DNA of 64,000 nucleotides, taken from assembly GCA_034416335.1 (NCBI GenBank), contig DAOULV010000003.1:45617-109616 (forward strand), given 5' to 3'. Under the pieces are notes generated by a model, which did not search any database, was not told the DNA's origin, and saw nothing but the letters and a program-made list of their open reading frames with translations. The translations under genes were made by a program, and so were the position numbers. Source of the stretch: Dehalococcoidales bacterium. Its GTDB lineage: Bacteria; Chloroflexota; Dehalococcoidia; Dehalococcoidales; UBA2162. Below are positions 27,463 through 36,877 of this stretch, piece after piece. Within the stretch, counting starts at the first letter, position 1. Each line of letters opens with the position of its first letter.

Positions 27463-29223
27463 ATGGCGGACAAAATTTACAAATGTCTGAATCCTGTCGG
27501 TATTCACGAACCGGTGGAATTTTCACCACTGTCGCCGCGCCTTGATAAGCTCGACGGCAAAACAATATTCGTGAGTATCGGCGCGGGTGGTGAACAGGAT
27601 ATCACCATTCCCCTGCCCAAGAAACTGCAGGAGAAGTACCCGCAGGTAAACTGGATAATCCAGGGAGCCGGACCCCACCTGACGAAAGCAGGAAGTATTT
27701 CTCTAACCGATGAGCAGGTGGAAAGCGGAGAGATAGACGCTCTGATACGCGGAGTAATCTGGTGACACGGAGCTATATGGGAGCAGTTGCCCCACTTAGC
27801 GACAATTGAAAAACGCGGTATTCCCAGCGTCTTTATTATCTATGAAGACCAGGACGAATGTTTCGAGCAGGCATGCAGACTCAACGGTATTCCCCATCTA
27901 AGACGTATTAACTGCTCACGCGTCATCCCCGGACCAGAGGACGTCGACAGGTGGATTGACGACCTGCTCGATGCTCTTGTCAGACCCCTCACTGCCGAGG
28001 AAAAAGCCGGCGGTAAATGGGAAGAACCTGACAAGAGGATACTTTTTGAAGGTACCCTTGAAGAGGCAAACGAATTCTATCAGCAGACAATGATAGTACC
28101 CACACTCCAGAATGCTCCTTTCTCTATTTATACCGACGGTATGCCGATAGTAATTCCCACGGAAGAACGGGTCGCAAAGATGCTTACCGGTACCAGCCAC
28201 AAACCTGATGAGATTATCACCTATCAAGCCGACCACAGACTCGGCGACAGAATAAACCAGATGGGCAGCTCCGGCGTTAAAGGCGAACCGGTCTACTTTA
28301 TGCCGATGAGACGGAAAGCAACGGTAGAGAAGGTTGCCACGATCGGCGTCATGGCAGGATGCAAGCCGGAACATATGCCGATTCTGCTGACGATGGCTGA
28401 ATCCGGCGGCGGCTGCAGCGACGGCCGCGGCGGCGGATCTTTTTGTATCTCCGGTCCTATCGCCAGAGAGATTGGTATGAATTTCGATGTAAACGTACTC
28501 GGTCCCGGCAATCCCTCCAACCGTTGCCTGGGACGCGCTACCGATCTTATGTGGCGTAATTTCGGACAGCAGATTCCCAGCGTAAATAACTGTGGTGTTT
28601 ATGGCGGTGGTATTACAAACGTTTTCCCTGAGAATGCCGACGCACTACCACCGGGATGGCAGGGTCTGAATGAAGAATACGACTTTAAAAAAGATGAGAG
28701 TATATTAATACCGGCTGGTGCTGGTGGCGGCGGTACGCACTTCTCCCCTGGAGGATACCGCGCATTCCAGAAGAGCGGTCACGGAGGAATAGCCAGGCGT
28801 CTGGGTGTAAAAGGCGTTCCAGGTCCTAAGAACTGGCTTGAATACGAAGTACCGGGCTGGTGGAAATGCGGAGAAGGTGGCATATCAATTATTATGCTTC
28901 CTGAAATGGCTCAGCACCTGTACGAAGCTGGTTTTAAATCCAAGGATGATGTATATGAATGGATTTATAAGCAGAGTTTCACGACGGTCAGGGAATACCG
29001 GACTCACTCCTGGCCCGATATGCGCACCAACGCCTGGAAGGGTATTGAAAAGACATCCGGTAAACACTGGTTGGAACTTGACGAGGATTATATGGTTCCC
29101 GCCTGTGAAGACCCCTTCAGCAACCTGATTATCGTAACGGGCGGCGGAGAAGAAATGGCTCTTATCGGTGGCGGTCGCATGGCAGGAATGGACGCAGCCT
29201 GGCATATCGACCCATGGCGGTAA
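27463..29223 (+). CDS. candidate selenoprotein: UGSC-family-like N-terminal domain fused through an in-frame TGA (27763..27765, residue 101) to an uncharacterised domain of about 480 aa
   Basis: Track ORFs 27463..27765 and 27787..29223 are in the same frame with nothing but the TGA between them. The read-through sequence is IDALIRGVIW-U-HGAIWEQLPHLATIEKRGIPSVFIIYED, a strand-U-helix-strand pattern. A hairpin follows the TGA. GAGGAG RBS before 27463. Confidence 0.6.
27772..27800 (+). promoter_or_regulatory. candidate bacterial SECIS hairpin
   Basis: GCTA-TA-TGGG-AGCAGTTGC-CCCA-CT-TAGC: two 4-bp helices around a 2x2 internal loop, with an apical loop containing GT that starts 16 nt after the TGA. 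Confidence 0.4.
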
Positions 29224-29249
29224 TCCTTACACACATCCGGAAAAATCCG

Positions 29250-29285
29250 GAAGGGCTGGCAGAAATCTGCCAGCCCTTCTTTATC
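29250..29285 (+). terminator. intrinsic terminator
   Basis: GAAGGGCTGGCAG-AAAT-CTGCCAGCCCTTC (13-bp stem) followed by TTTAT. Confidence 0.85.
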
Positions 29286-29351
29286 GGCAGCAAACAGAAT
29301 CCTACATACATCTTCATTGACAATTAACGAAAATTTCGTTATAATCGCGGC

Positions 29352-30872
29352 ATGAATAATAATTTGAACCCGGCAGAACAGATAATCCAGCGTTTTGGAG
29401 GTCAATCTTCACTGGCAGTTATTCTCGGCAGGCGGCAGAGTACGGTACAACACTGGGCAAGAACCGGAAGGATACCGTCGCAATGGCATGAGAAACTGCT
29501 GAAAACAGCCCGTGAAAGAGGAATCCCCCTGGAACCGAAAGACTTCATTACCCAGCAGACATTATCCATTGAGCCCGCAGGAGGGAAACTCGGTATTCTT
29601 ATCATCGGCCTGGGAGCGGTCAGTTCCACCTTCATGGCAGGCGTGGAACACGTCAGGCGCGGCATGGGAAAACCGTTCGGTTCCATCACCCAGATGGCAA
29701 CAATAAGACTGGGCAAGCGTACCGATAAAGAAGCCCCGCTGATTAAAGATTTCGTCCCTCTGGCAGACCTCGACCAGTTAACTTTCGGTGTATGGGACCC
29801 TATTCCCGATGATGGTTATCAAGCCGCCGTAAAATGCGGTGTTCTCAACCGTACCGCGGATATCGAACCTATTGCCGATTTCCTTAAATCCATCAAACCG
29901 ATGCCGGCGGTGTTCGACAAGGACTATGTAAAACGTATCAGCGGGACCAACGTTAAAAAGGCGAAAAACAAGCTTGAACTGGTTGAAGCTGTCAGGAAAG
30001 ATATACGCGACTTCAAGGCGAAGAACAAGTGCGACAGGCTTGTAGTAATCTGGTGCGGTTCCACTGAAAAGTATATCGAACCTTCCAGCGTTCATCAGAA
30101 TATGAAAAATTTCACAAAAGGTCTCGAAGCAAACGATAAGAGAATCGCTCCTTCTCAGATATATGCCTATGCCGCACTTATGGAAGAAGTACCATTCGTA
30201 AACGGTGCCCCGGCTCTTACCGTCGACATACCGGTACTTGAAAAACTTGCCGTCGAAAAGAATATTCCGATATGCGGCAAAGACTTTAAGACCGGCCAGA
30301 CTCTGGTAAAAACGGTAATCGCCCCTATGCTTAAAGCGCGTATGCTGGGCTTGAACGGCTGGTTTTCCACGAATATCCTGGGGAACCGCGACGGCGAGGT
30401 TCTGGACGAACCTGAAAACTTCAAAACCAAGGAAGAATCAAAACTCGGCGCGCTTGAATATATACTCCAGCCTGACCTTTATCCGGACCTGTATTCAAAT
30501 GCGTATCACAAGATACGTATAAACTACTACCCTCCCCGCGGTGATGATAAAGAAGGCTGGGACAACATCGATATATTCGGCTGGCTGGGCAGAAGGATGC
30601 AGATTAAGATAAACTTCCTGTGCTCGGATTCCATCCTCGCCGCTCCTCTGGTACTGGACCTGGTACTGTTTATGGACCTGGCAAAACGGGCAGGTCTCGG
30701 AGGAATCCAGGAATGGTTATCTTTCTACTTCAAGAGTCCCCAGCACGCATCTTCCGTATACCCCGAACACGATCTCTTTATCCAGCAGACAAAACTGAAA
30801 AACACTCTCAGGTGGATGATGGGTTCCGACCAGATAACTCACCTTGGAATGGAATACTACCTGGACGAGTAG
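29352..30872 (+). CDS. ino1: myo-inositol-1-phosphate synthase with an N-terminal Cro/YdaS-like HTH extension of about 75 aa
   Basis: The MIPS body runs GILIIGLGAVSSTFMAGV...VVIWCGSTE...VNGAP...GKDFKTGQT...NILGNRDG...SDSILAAPLVLDL. The N-terminus is IIQRFGGQSSLAVILGRRQSTVQHWARTGRIPSQWHEKLL. Confidence 0.8.
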   Translation: MNNNLNPAEQIIQRFGGQSSLAVILGRRQSTVQHWARTGRIPSQWHEKLLKTARERGIPLEPKDFITQQTLSIEPAGGKLGILIIGLGAVSSTFMAGVEHVRRGMGKPFGSITQMATIRLGKRTDKEAPLIKDFVPLADLDQLTFGVWDPIPDDGYQAAVKCGVLNRTADIEPIADFLKSIKPMPAVFDKDYVKRISGTNVKKAKNKLELVEAVRKDIRDFKAKNKCDRLVVIWCGSTEKYIEPSSVHQNMKNFTKGLEANDKRIAPSQIYAYAALMEEVPFVNGAPALTVDIPVLEKLAVEKNIPICGKDFKTGQTLVKTVIAPMLKARMLGLNGWFSTNILGNRDGEVLDEPENFKTKEESKLGALEYILQPDLYPDLYSNAYHKIRINYYPPRGDDKEGWDNIDIFGWLGRRMQIKINFLCSDSILAAPLVLDLVLFMDLAKRAGLGGIQEWLSFYFKSPQHASSVYPEHDLFIQQTKLKNTLRWMMGSDQITHLGMEYYLDE

Positions 30873-30904
30873 ATTTCTCAATATAATAATGAAATGTAAA
30901 AGAA

Positions 30905-30934
30905 AAAGGGATTGGCAAACCAATCCCTTTTTCC
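30905..30934. terminator. bidirectional terminator hairpin between convergent genes
   Basis: AAAGGGATTGG-CAAA-CCAATCCCTTT, with A-run and T-run flanks on both sides. Confidence 0.8.
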
Positions 30935-30955
30935 TAAGTACTTAATCAGCTGTAA

Positions 30956-31144
30956 TTAGCCGGCACATTCATCGAGGAATGCTTTCTGGTCCCGGCTCTT
31001 CTCGACCGGCTGTAAACTCATTGTGAGTTCTTCGATCTCTTTCTCAATAGCAGAAAGAACATCGGTGCCGGCATCCTGGCCTTTCTTTTCTTCGAGTTCT
31101 GCACGTTTCTTGTTGATTGCGTCGATGATTTCTACTTCTGTCAT
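30956..31144 (-). CDS. small acidic coiled-coil protein, unknown function
   Basis: 62-aa ORF with an AGGAGAGGAAG RBS region upstream. I recognise no family. Confidence 0.4.
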   Translation of the reverse strand: MTEVEIIDAINKKRAELEEKKGQDAGTDVLSAIEKEIEELTMSLQPVEKSRDQKAFLDECAG

Positions 31145-31392
31145 TCTTCCTCTCCTTTTATTTTTCCCTGTTGAGAAGGTGTTACGTTTTATCTTACACT
31201 AAAGTGTAACCCATTCTCAAGTTATGTTATAATCATTATATACTATTATCATAAGATTAGTAAACTATTATTTTCCACTTATTTGTGCGATTTTTTTCAT
31301 TTCCGTGATGACTGATTAACGGTTTTTTCTCAGCTTTTTTTACGTGCCTGGAACAGGTAAAATAAATATCTGAATATATGCAAGGAGGACAA

Positions 31393-33342
31393 ATGACTAT
31401 TATCGATGAAATGACGGGAAAAGGTGCCCCTGCCTGGCCCTATCCTGTCAATTACGGAAAGGAAAATGAATTTTCAACCGATGTCCTTGTAATCGGCGGC
31501 GGGATTGCCGGATGTCACGCTGCAATCAACGCCGCTAAAAAGGGGGCAAAGGTTATAGTCCTTGAGAAAGGTGCCACCATACGCAGCGGCTGCAGCGGTG
31601 CGGGGGTTGACCACTGGGGAGCTGCCTACACCAATCCCTGCTGCAAAGCCGACCTTGAAAGAGCCGCCGACTCCAGCGAAAGACGACGGCCCTGGGCGAA
31701 TGGAATGCTCAGCTACATCACGATGAAAGAGTCATGGGATGCCCTGCTCGACTGCGAAGGAATGGGTATGAATTTCCGCGATGAGGACGATGAATTCGCC
31801 GGCTCTCCTATCCGCGATGAAGAAACCAAGGTTATGTTCGCCTACAACTATATCTCCAGAGTCAATATCCGCGTGAATAACGGTGCCAAAGTCAAACCGG
31901 CGCTTTACAAGGAACTGTTACGCCTCGGGGTAAATGTAATCGATAGAGTAATGGTCACCGGTTTCCTCACCGAGGGTGGGAAAGCAGGCAACCGGGTAAT
32001 CGGAGCAATGGGCGTTAACATACGCACCGGTGAATTCTATATCGTAAATGCAAAATCTACCGTTCTCAGTGCAGCCCAGTACTCGGGTATCTGGGTATTC
32101 AATACCGAACTGGCCGGTTCCTCCGTACACCTCGATGATCCCAATAACGTCGGTGAAGGAACCGCCGCCGCCTGGAGAGCGGGAGCTGAACTTACGCTGA
32201 TGGAACGTAGTAAAGGTCCCGCCCACGGAAGCTTCGGCTGGCCAAGGTTCGGCGTCGGCAGCCCGACGAATACCTGGTACCCATCCAATATCGTCGATGC
32301 TAACGGCAGGCAGGTCCCCTGGGTAGACCGTGATGGTAAATTCGTACTGGACATACACGAAAGGTCCATTTCTCAAGCCGGTTCGACACCGCATCCCGAC
32401 CTCTTCGGCATGATTGAAAGAGGTGAGATTGTTATGCCGCTTTACGCGGACCTTACGAGCATGCCGGAAGACGAACGAAAAGCAATCTGGGACCTGATGC
32501 TGACGAATGAAGGAAAAACACGGGTCCCCGTTCACAAGGTGTTCGGTGAAGCCGGTTTCGACCCTGAAAAAGATATGCTTTACGCCCCGATTACCAAACT
32601 GGAAGTCGGCGGTGAAGGACTCGGTCCGCCTTTATGGAGAACAGCTTCATCCGGCGGCGGATGGGGAAGCGGCGGTCTTGTAGCAGACTGGGACCTGAGA
32701 AGCACTTTACCCGGCCTGTATGGAGCCGGAAACGCTCTCGCCGGACAGAACGGAGGACATCCCGGCGCCGCTACCACCGGACGTTATGCCGGAAGGAAGG
32801 CAGCCGAATATGCGACGACGGTGGACTCCGCGACTCCGATAAGAGAACAGATAGATACTGAAAAAGCCAGAGTCTACCAGCGTATCGGCCAGGGTGGAGA
32901 TGTAGGATGGAAAGAACTGAACTCCGGTACGGCAAGAGTCATGCAGATATTCTGCAACGCCTACAAGAGCGAGAAGATGATGGAAACAGGTTTATGGTGG
33001 CTGAATTCCATCAAAGAAAGTGAAGCTGCCCGAACCTATGTCAGGAATCCTCATGAACTGGAACGGTACATCGAGTGTCTCTCCAGATTAACTGTCAGTG
33101 AGATTATACTCAACGCTTCTCTGGCACGGAAATCATCAAACAGGACCCTGGATTTCAACCGCGTTGACTATCCTGAAGTCGACCCGGAGGAATGGAATAA
33201 ATACATAACGTTAAAACTGGAAGATGGTAACGTGGTTACCAGGGATCTCCCCCTGAATTATTACCTGCTCGAACCTTATTCATCCACGTTCAAGGATAAC
33301 TACGAGGTTCATGCAAGTCTGAACGAAGCGAGGGCGAAATAA
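31393..33342 (+). CDS. FAD-dependent oxidoreductase of the fumarate reductase / AprA-like flavoprotein superfamily
   Basis: VLVIGGGIAGCHAAINAAKKGAKVIVLEK dinucleotide-binding motif, about 650 aa long, GLYGAGNALAG near the C-terminal FAD contact. The ATG at 31393 follows AGGAGG. Confidence 0.7.
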   Translation: MTIIDEMTGKGAPAWPYPVNYGKENEFSTDVLVIGGGIAGCHAAINAAKKGAKVIVLEKGATIRSGCSGAGVDHWGAAYTNPCCKADLERAADSSERRRPWANGMLSYITMKESWDALLDCEGMGMNFRDEDDEFAGSPIRDEETKVMFAYNYISRVNIRVNNGAKVKPALYKELLRLGVNVIDRVMVTGFLTEGGKAGNRVIGAMGVNIRTGEFYIVNAKSTVLSAAQYSGIWVFNTELAGSSVHLDDPNNVGEGTAAAWRAGAELTLMERSKGPAHGSFGWPRFGVGSPTNTWYPSNIVDANGRQVPWVDRDGKFVLDIHERSISQAGSTPHPDLFGMIERGEIVMPLYADLTSMPEDERKAIWDLMLTNEGKTRVPVHKVFGEAGFDPEKDMLYAPITKLEVGGEGLGPPLWRTASSGGGWGSGGLVADWDLRSTLPGLYGAGNALAGQNGGHPGAATTGRYAGRKAAEYATTVDSATPIREQIDTEKARVYQRIGQGGDVGWKELNSGTARVMQIFCNAYKSEKMMETGLWWLNSIKESEAARTYVRNPHELERYIECLSRLTVSEIILNASLARKSSNRTLDFNRVDYPEVDPEEWNKYITLKLEDGNVVTRDLPLNYYLLEPYSSTFKDNYEVHASLNEARAK

Positions 33343-35153
33343 TGAATAACGAAGCATATCTGGTTCCCAACCCGGCGACCCCGTGCCAGCCGATCAGGAT
33401 AGATCCTGAGATTTGCATAAGCTGTTATCGATGCGCCGACCAGTGCCGCACCGATATCATGATTAGAAATCTCCCGATGCCAGGCGGTATCGCAAAGTGC
33501 GAAGAAGGCTGCCCCGCCGGAGAAGCGATAAGATGGACTACCTACCACATTTCCAGGGGTGAGTTTGACAAAGCCCTGGAGAGTATAAAAACAGAGAACC
33601 CTTTCCCCGGTATATGCGGGAGAGTCTGTTTTCATCCCTGCGAAGATAATTGTGCGCGGATTCCTCTCGATGAGGGAATCGCAACCAATGCTCTGGAAAG
33701 AGCCGCTTACGACTACGGCACTGCCGACGCAAAACAACCGGAGAAACGTCCCGCAACCGGAAAAACCGTGGCAGTGGTCGGAGGCGGCCCTTCCGGCCTT
33801 GCCTGCACATATTACCTGGCTCTACTCGGGCACAAGGTAACAGTTTTTGAAGCCAAACCGGTTGCTGGCGGTATTCCCCGTGTCAACATCCCTGAGTTCC
33901 GCCTGCCGGCGTCGGTAGTCGACAGCGAGATAAACCAGATTACCGCGCTTGGTGTCGAAATCAAGACCGATAGCCCGGTAGACGCCGAAAAGTTCAAGAA
34001 AATAACAGAAGAATACGATGCCTGTTTCGTCGCTACCGGAGCACCGTTATCGGTATCTCTGGGAGTACCCGGAGAAGATAACCCGGATATTATCGGGGCA
34101 CTTGAATTCCTTTACAAATCAAGAATAGACAACGACATAAAAGTAGGTAAGAAGGTCATCGTAATCGGCGGTGGTAATGTTGCCACCGACTCCGCACGAC
34201 TGGCGCGCCGTCTCGGTGCCGAAGAAGTCACGATGGTTTGTCTCGAATCCCGTGATACCATGCCGGCTTATGAAACGGAAATTGAAGAGGCGATAACGGA
34301 AGGTATTAACATTTTCCCGTGCTGGGGAGTTAAGGAACTAAACCTCAAGGACGGAAAGCTGTCCGGTCTCGAACTGAAATCCTGCCTTTCCGCGTTTGAC
34401 GACCAGGGTAGGTTCAGCCCGACCTATGACGAGGGTAACACCTGCGATATGGAAGCAGACACCATTATCCTCGCTATCGGTCAGAGGATGGACCTCTCGT
34501 TTGCAGACGAAAAGATGCTGGATGGTTCCCGCATGATCATCGATCCGAATACGCTGGAGACTCCTGTTGCGGGAATATTCGCCGGGGGTGATATAGCCAC
34601 AGCTGAACGCTCCATCGTCCAGGCTATTGCTTTCGGTAAGCGAGCCGCTATCAGTATCGATATCTACCTGAACGGTGGAGATAACAGTATCCTCAAGGAC
34701 GCCGGGACCGGCGCTACGTCGATGCGTTCTTATATAGAAAACGGTACTGCCGCACCCGAAAACCGGGTCCCTGAAGAGCTAGCAGCCACGTATTACGGTC
34801 CCGGAAACCGTATGGTTTCGGAGATGATCCCCGGAGATGATCGTACAAAATCGATGGATGAGGTAAACAGGGGATTTATCCAGGAACTGGCGACTGCCGA
34901 AGCCACGAGATGTTTCCGGTGCAGCCAGTACCTGCCGCCCCTGATACTTTATCCCGACGAATGCTGGTTCTGCGGTACCTGTGTCGAAGAATGCCCGGCA
35001 GAAGGAGCCATCCGGATGGAACACCCGTTGAACCAGAGAGTTATCTGGAAACGCAAGGAAACGGGGGAGTTGTTCCGGCGCGGAATGAAGAACCCGCCGC
35101 CACCCGCCATGCGGACGCCGGTAGGTGAAAGCAAGAAAAAACCTGCAAAGTAG
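33342..35153 (+). CDS. iron-sulfur / NAD(P)H flavoprotein (GltD-like pyridine nucleotide-disulfide oxidoreductase core flanked by ferredoxin-type Cys clusters)
   Basis: CISCYRCADQC; FPGICGRVCFHPCEDNC (GltD-type); VAVVGGGPSGLACTYYL; VIVIGGGNVATD; C-terminal CFRCSQ...CWFCGTCVEECP. ATGA overlap with the upstream gene. Confidence 0.75.
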   Translation: MNNEAYLVPNPATPCQPIRIDPEICISCYRCADQCRTDIMIRNLPMPGGIAKCEEGCPAGEAIRWTTYHISRGEFDKALESIKTENPFPGICGRVCFHPCEDNCARIPLDEGIATNALERAAYDYGTADAKQPEKRPATGKTVAVVGGGPSGLACTYYLALLGHKVTVFEAKPVAGGIPRVNIPEFRLPASVVDSEINQITALGVEIKTDSPVDAEKFKKITEEYDACFVATGAPLSVSLGVPGEDNPDIIGALEFLYKSRIDNDIKVGKKVIVIGGGNVATDSARLARRLGAEEVTMVCLESRDTMPAYETEIEEAITEGINIFPCWGVKELNLKDGKLSGLELKSCLSAFDDQGRFSPTYDEGNTCDMEADTIILAIGQRMDLSFADEKMLDGSRMIIDPNTLETPVAGIFAGGDIATAERSIVQAIAFGKRAAISIDIYLNGGDNSILKDAGTGATSMRSYIENGTAAPENRVPEELAATYYGPGNRMVSEMIPGDDRTKSMDEVNRGFIQELATAEATRCFRCSQYLPPLILYPDECWFCGTCVEECPAEGAIRMEHPLNQRVIWKRKETGELFRRGMKNPPPPAMRTPVGESKKKPAK

Positions 35154-35162
35154 TAAAAAAGA

Positions 35163-35188
35163 AAGGGTGGGTCTAAGGACCCACCCTT
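35163..35188. terminator. bidirectional terminator hairpin
   Basis: AAGGGTGGGTC-TAAG-GACCCACCCTT. The minus strand reads TTCTTTTTT after it, so it serves the Rrf2 gene. Confidence 0.75.
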
Positions 35189-35218
35189 TACCGTTCTATC
35201 ACAGATAAAACCCGGAGA

Positions 35219-35668
35219 TTATTTCAGTATCGACTCCAGGTTTGAATCCGGCTGACCCTTCTCTTCCTGGCGGTTAACCATATCCTGAATCGTAGTAGAA
35301 TCGAGGACGTTATCCATAGCGTCTTTCAACTCACACCAGACATCGCGGGTAACGCAGGTCACAGCACGCTCGCAGATATCCGGGTTGTCCACGCAGTCGG
35401 CCGGTGCGACCGAACCTTCGAGAAGTCGGATAACCTCGCTGAGTTTAATATCGGACGGTTTCCTGTTGAGCGAGATTCCGCCCTTGGGACCCTTGGTGCT
35501 TCTTAATATCCCGCCGGCAATCAGCGGGCTGATTACGTGCTCAAGGTAGGCAAGCGAGATATCCTGTTTCTTGGCAATATTCCTCAGCAGCATGGGTTCA
35601 TTGGTATCGCGCAGGGCAAGTTCCAGTAAAGCTCTTGTACCGTATCGTCCCTTAGTCGATATCTTCAT
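35219..35668 (-). CDS. Rrf2 family transcriptional regulator (3-Cys cluster-ligand type)
   Basis: MKISTKGRYGTRALLELA...DISLAYLEHVISPLIAGGILRSTKGPKGG...CVDNPDICERAVTCVTRDVW. Confidence 0.9.
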   Translation of the reverse strand: MKISTKGRYGTRALLELALRDTNEPMLLRNIAKKQDISLAYLEHVISPLIAGGILRSTKGPKGGISLNRKPSDIKLSEVIRLLEGSVAPADCVDNPDICERAVTCVTRDVWCELKDAMDNVLDSTTIQDMVNRQEEKGQPDSNLESILK

Positions 35669-35888
35669 CTGCGCACCTCCCCTCCAAGATAATAATATAG
35701 ATAACTAAAAGAATCAACTATATATGTTATTTGGAAATGTAAATTTTATACACAATCGTTTAGAATTAGAGGGTATCTTGTAACATTTGAAAATACACAG
35801 TATTATGTAGTGTAATATTATGTACCATACTAAATGGTATAATCATAAATGGATTAGTAACAAATGATGCCCATTAAGGTGGCGAAAA

Positions 35889-36875
35889 ATGGATAAAAAA
35901 AGACTATATATTTCGAATTTTAAGTCGATTAAAGAAATAGAAATAAATTGTGGACGGATAAATGTATTTATCGGAGAACCGAATACCGGTAAATCGAATA
36001 TACTTGAAGCATTAGGCTTTATGTCCCTCTTTGTATATTTTAGTTATGGTAAGCCAATAAATTTTGTAAGACATGAGCGTCCTTTAAATATTTTCTATGA
36101 TGAGACTATAGATGAACCAGTAGTCATACGTTACGATTCTTATTCCACTGACCTTCGGTATGAGCAATCAAGACTCAATGGCATAATGAAAATTAATGAT
36201 CCGAATTCGCCACGCCAAATCGTATTAGGAGGAGATTATAACAGTATAAATTCCTTCCATCAGTCTCATCTTGAGAATAAGTTTAGAATAAGATATTACA
36301 AATACATAGATCAAACAGATTACTCTGTCAATATCCCAGAGTTATTACTTCCCCCGAATGGTAGAAATCTTGTTTCACTTATACTAACAAATAAAAAACT
36401 TAAACAGTTTGTTGATGAATTACTTAAACCTTATGGATTAAGAATGGTAGTTAAACCACAGGAAAATAAACTAGAAATCATAAAGCTTATGGAAGATATT
36501 ATTATTACCTATCCATATTCACTGCTTTCCGATACTCTTAAGAGAGTAATTTTTCATATGGCAGCGATATTATCGAATAAGAATGCTACTCTCGTTTTTG
36601 AAGAACCAGAATCTCATGCGTTCCCATACCACACTAAATATTTAGCTGAGAAAATCGCCCTCGATAATGCAAATAACGAATATTTTATTGCGACACATAA
36701 TCCATATTTCTTACTTACTCTTCTAGAAAAAACTACTAAAGAAGATATTCAGATTTTTCTAACTTATTTTGAAGATTACCAGACAAAAGTTAAACCCCTT
36801 ACAGATAAACAAAAAGAAAACTTATTAAGAATGGATACTGATGTATTCTTCCAGCTTGAGGAGTTACTTGTATAG
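35889..36875 (+). CDS. ABC/SMC-type ATPase of the AAA_15/AAA_21 (OLD-family N-domain-like) class
   Basis: IKEIEINCGRINVFIGEPNTGKSNILEAL (Walker A), LSDTLKRV (signature-like), ATLVFEEPESHAFP (Walker B), FIATHNPYFL (H-loop). The region is AT-rich. Confidence 0.75.
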   Translation: MDKKRLYISNFKSIKEIEINCGRINVFIGEPNTGKSNILEALGFMSLFVYFSYGKPINFVRHERPLNIFYDETIDEPVVIRYDSYSTDLRYEQSRLNGIMKINDPNSPRQIVLGGDYNSINSFHQSHLENKFRIRYYKYIDQTDYSVNIPELLLPPNGRNLVSLILTNKKLKQFVDELLKPYGLRMVVKPQENKLEIIKLMEDIIITYPYSLLSDTLKRVIFHMAAILSNKNATLVFEEPESHAFPYHTKYLAEKIALDNANNEYFIATHNPYFLLTLLEKTTKEDIQIFLTYFEDYQTKVKPLTDKQKENLLRMDTDVFFQLEELLV

Positions 36876-36877
36876 TA

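Noticed and set aside
31194-31209. Palindrome TTACAC-TAAA-GTGTAA, resembling the half-sites of the XRE boxes at 5186 and 5503
   Set aside because: The spacer is 4 nt rather than 7 nt and the flanks differ. A 5-6 nt half-site match is expected by chance in 64 kb, so it is not reported as a third operator.
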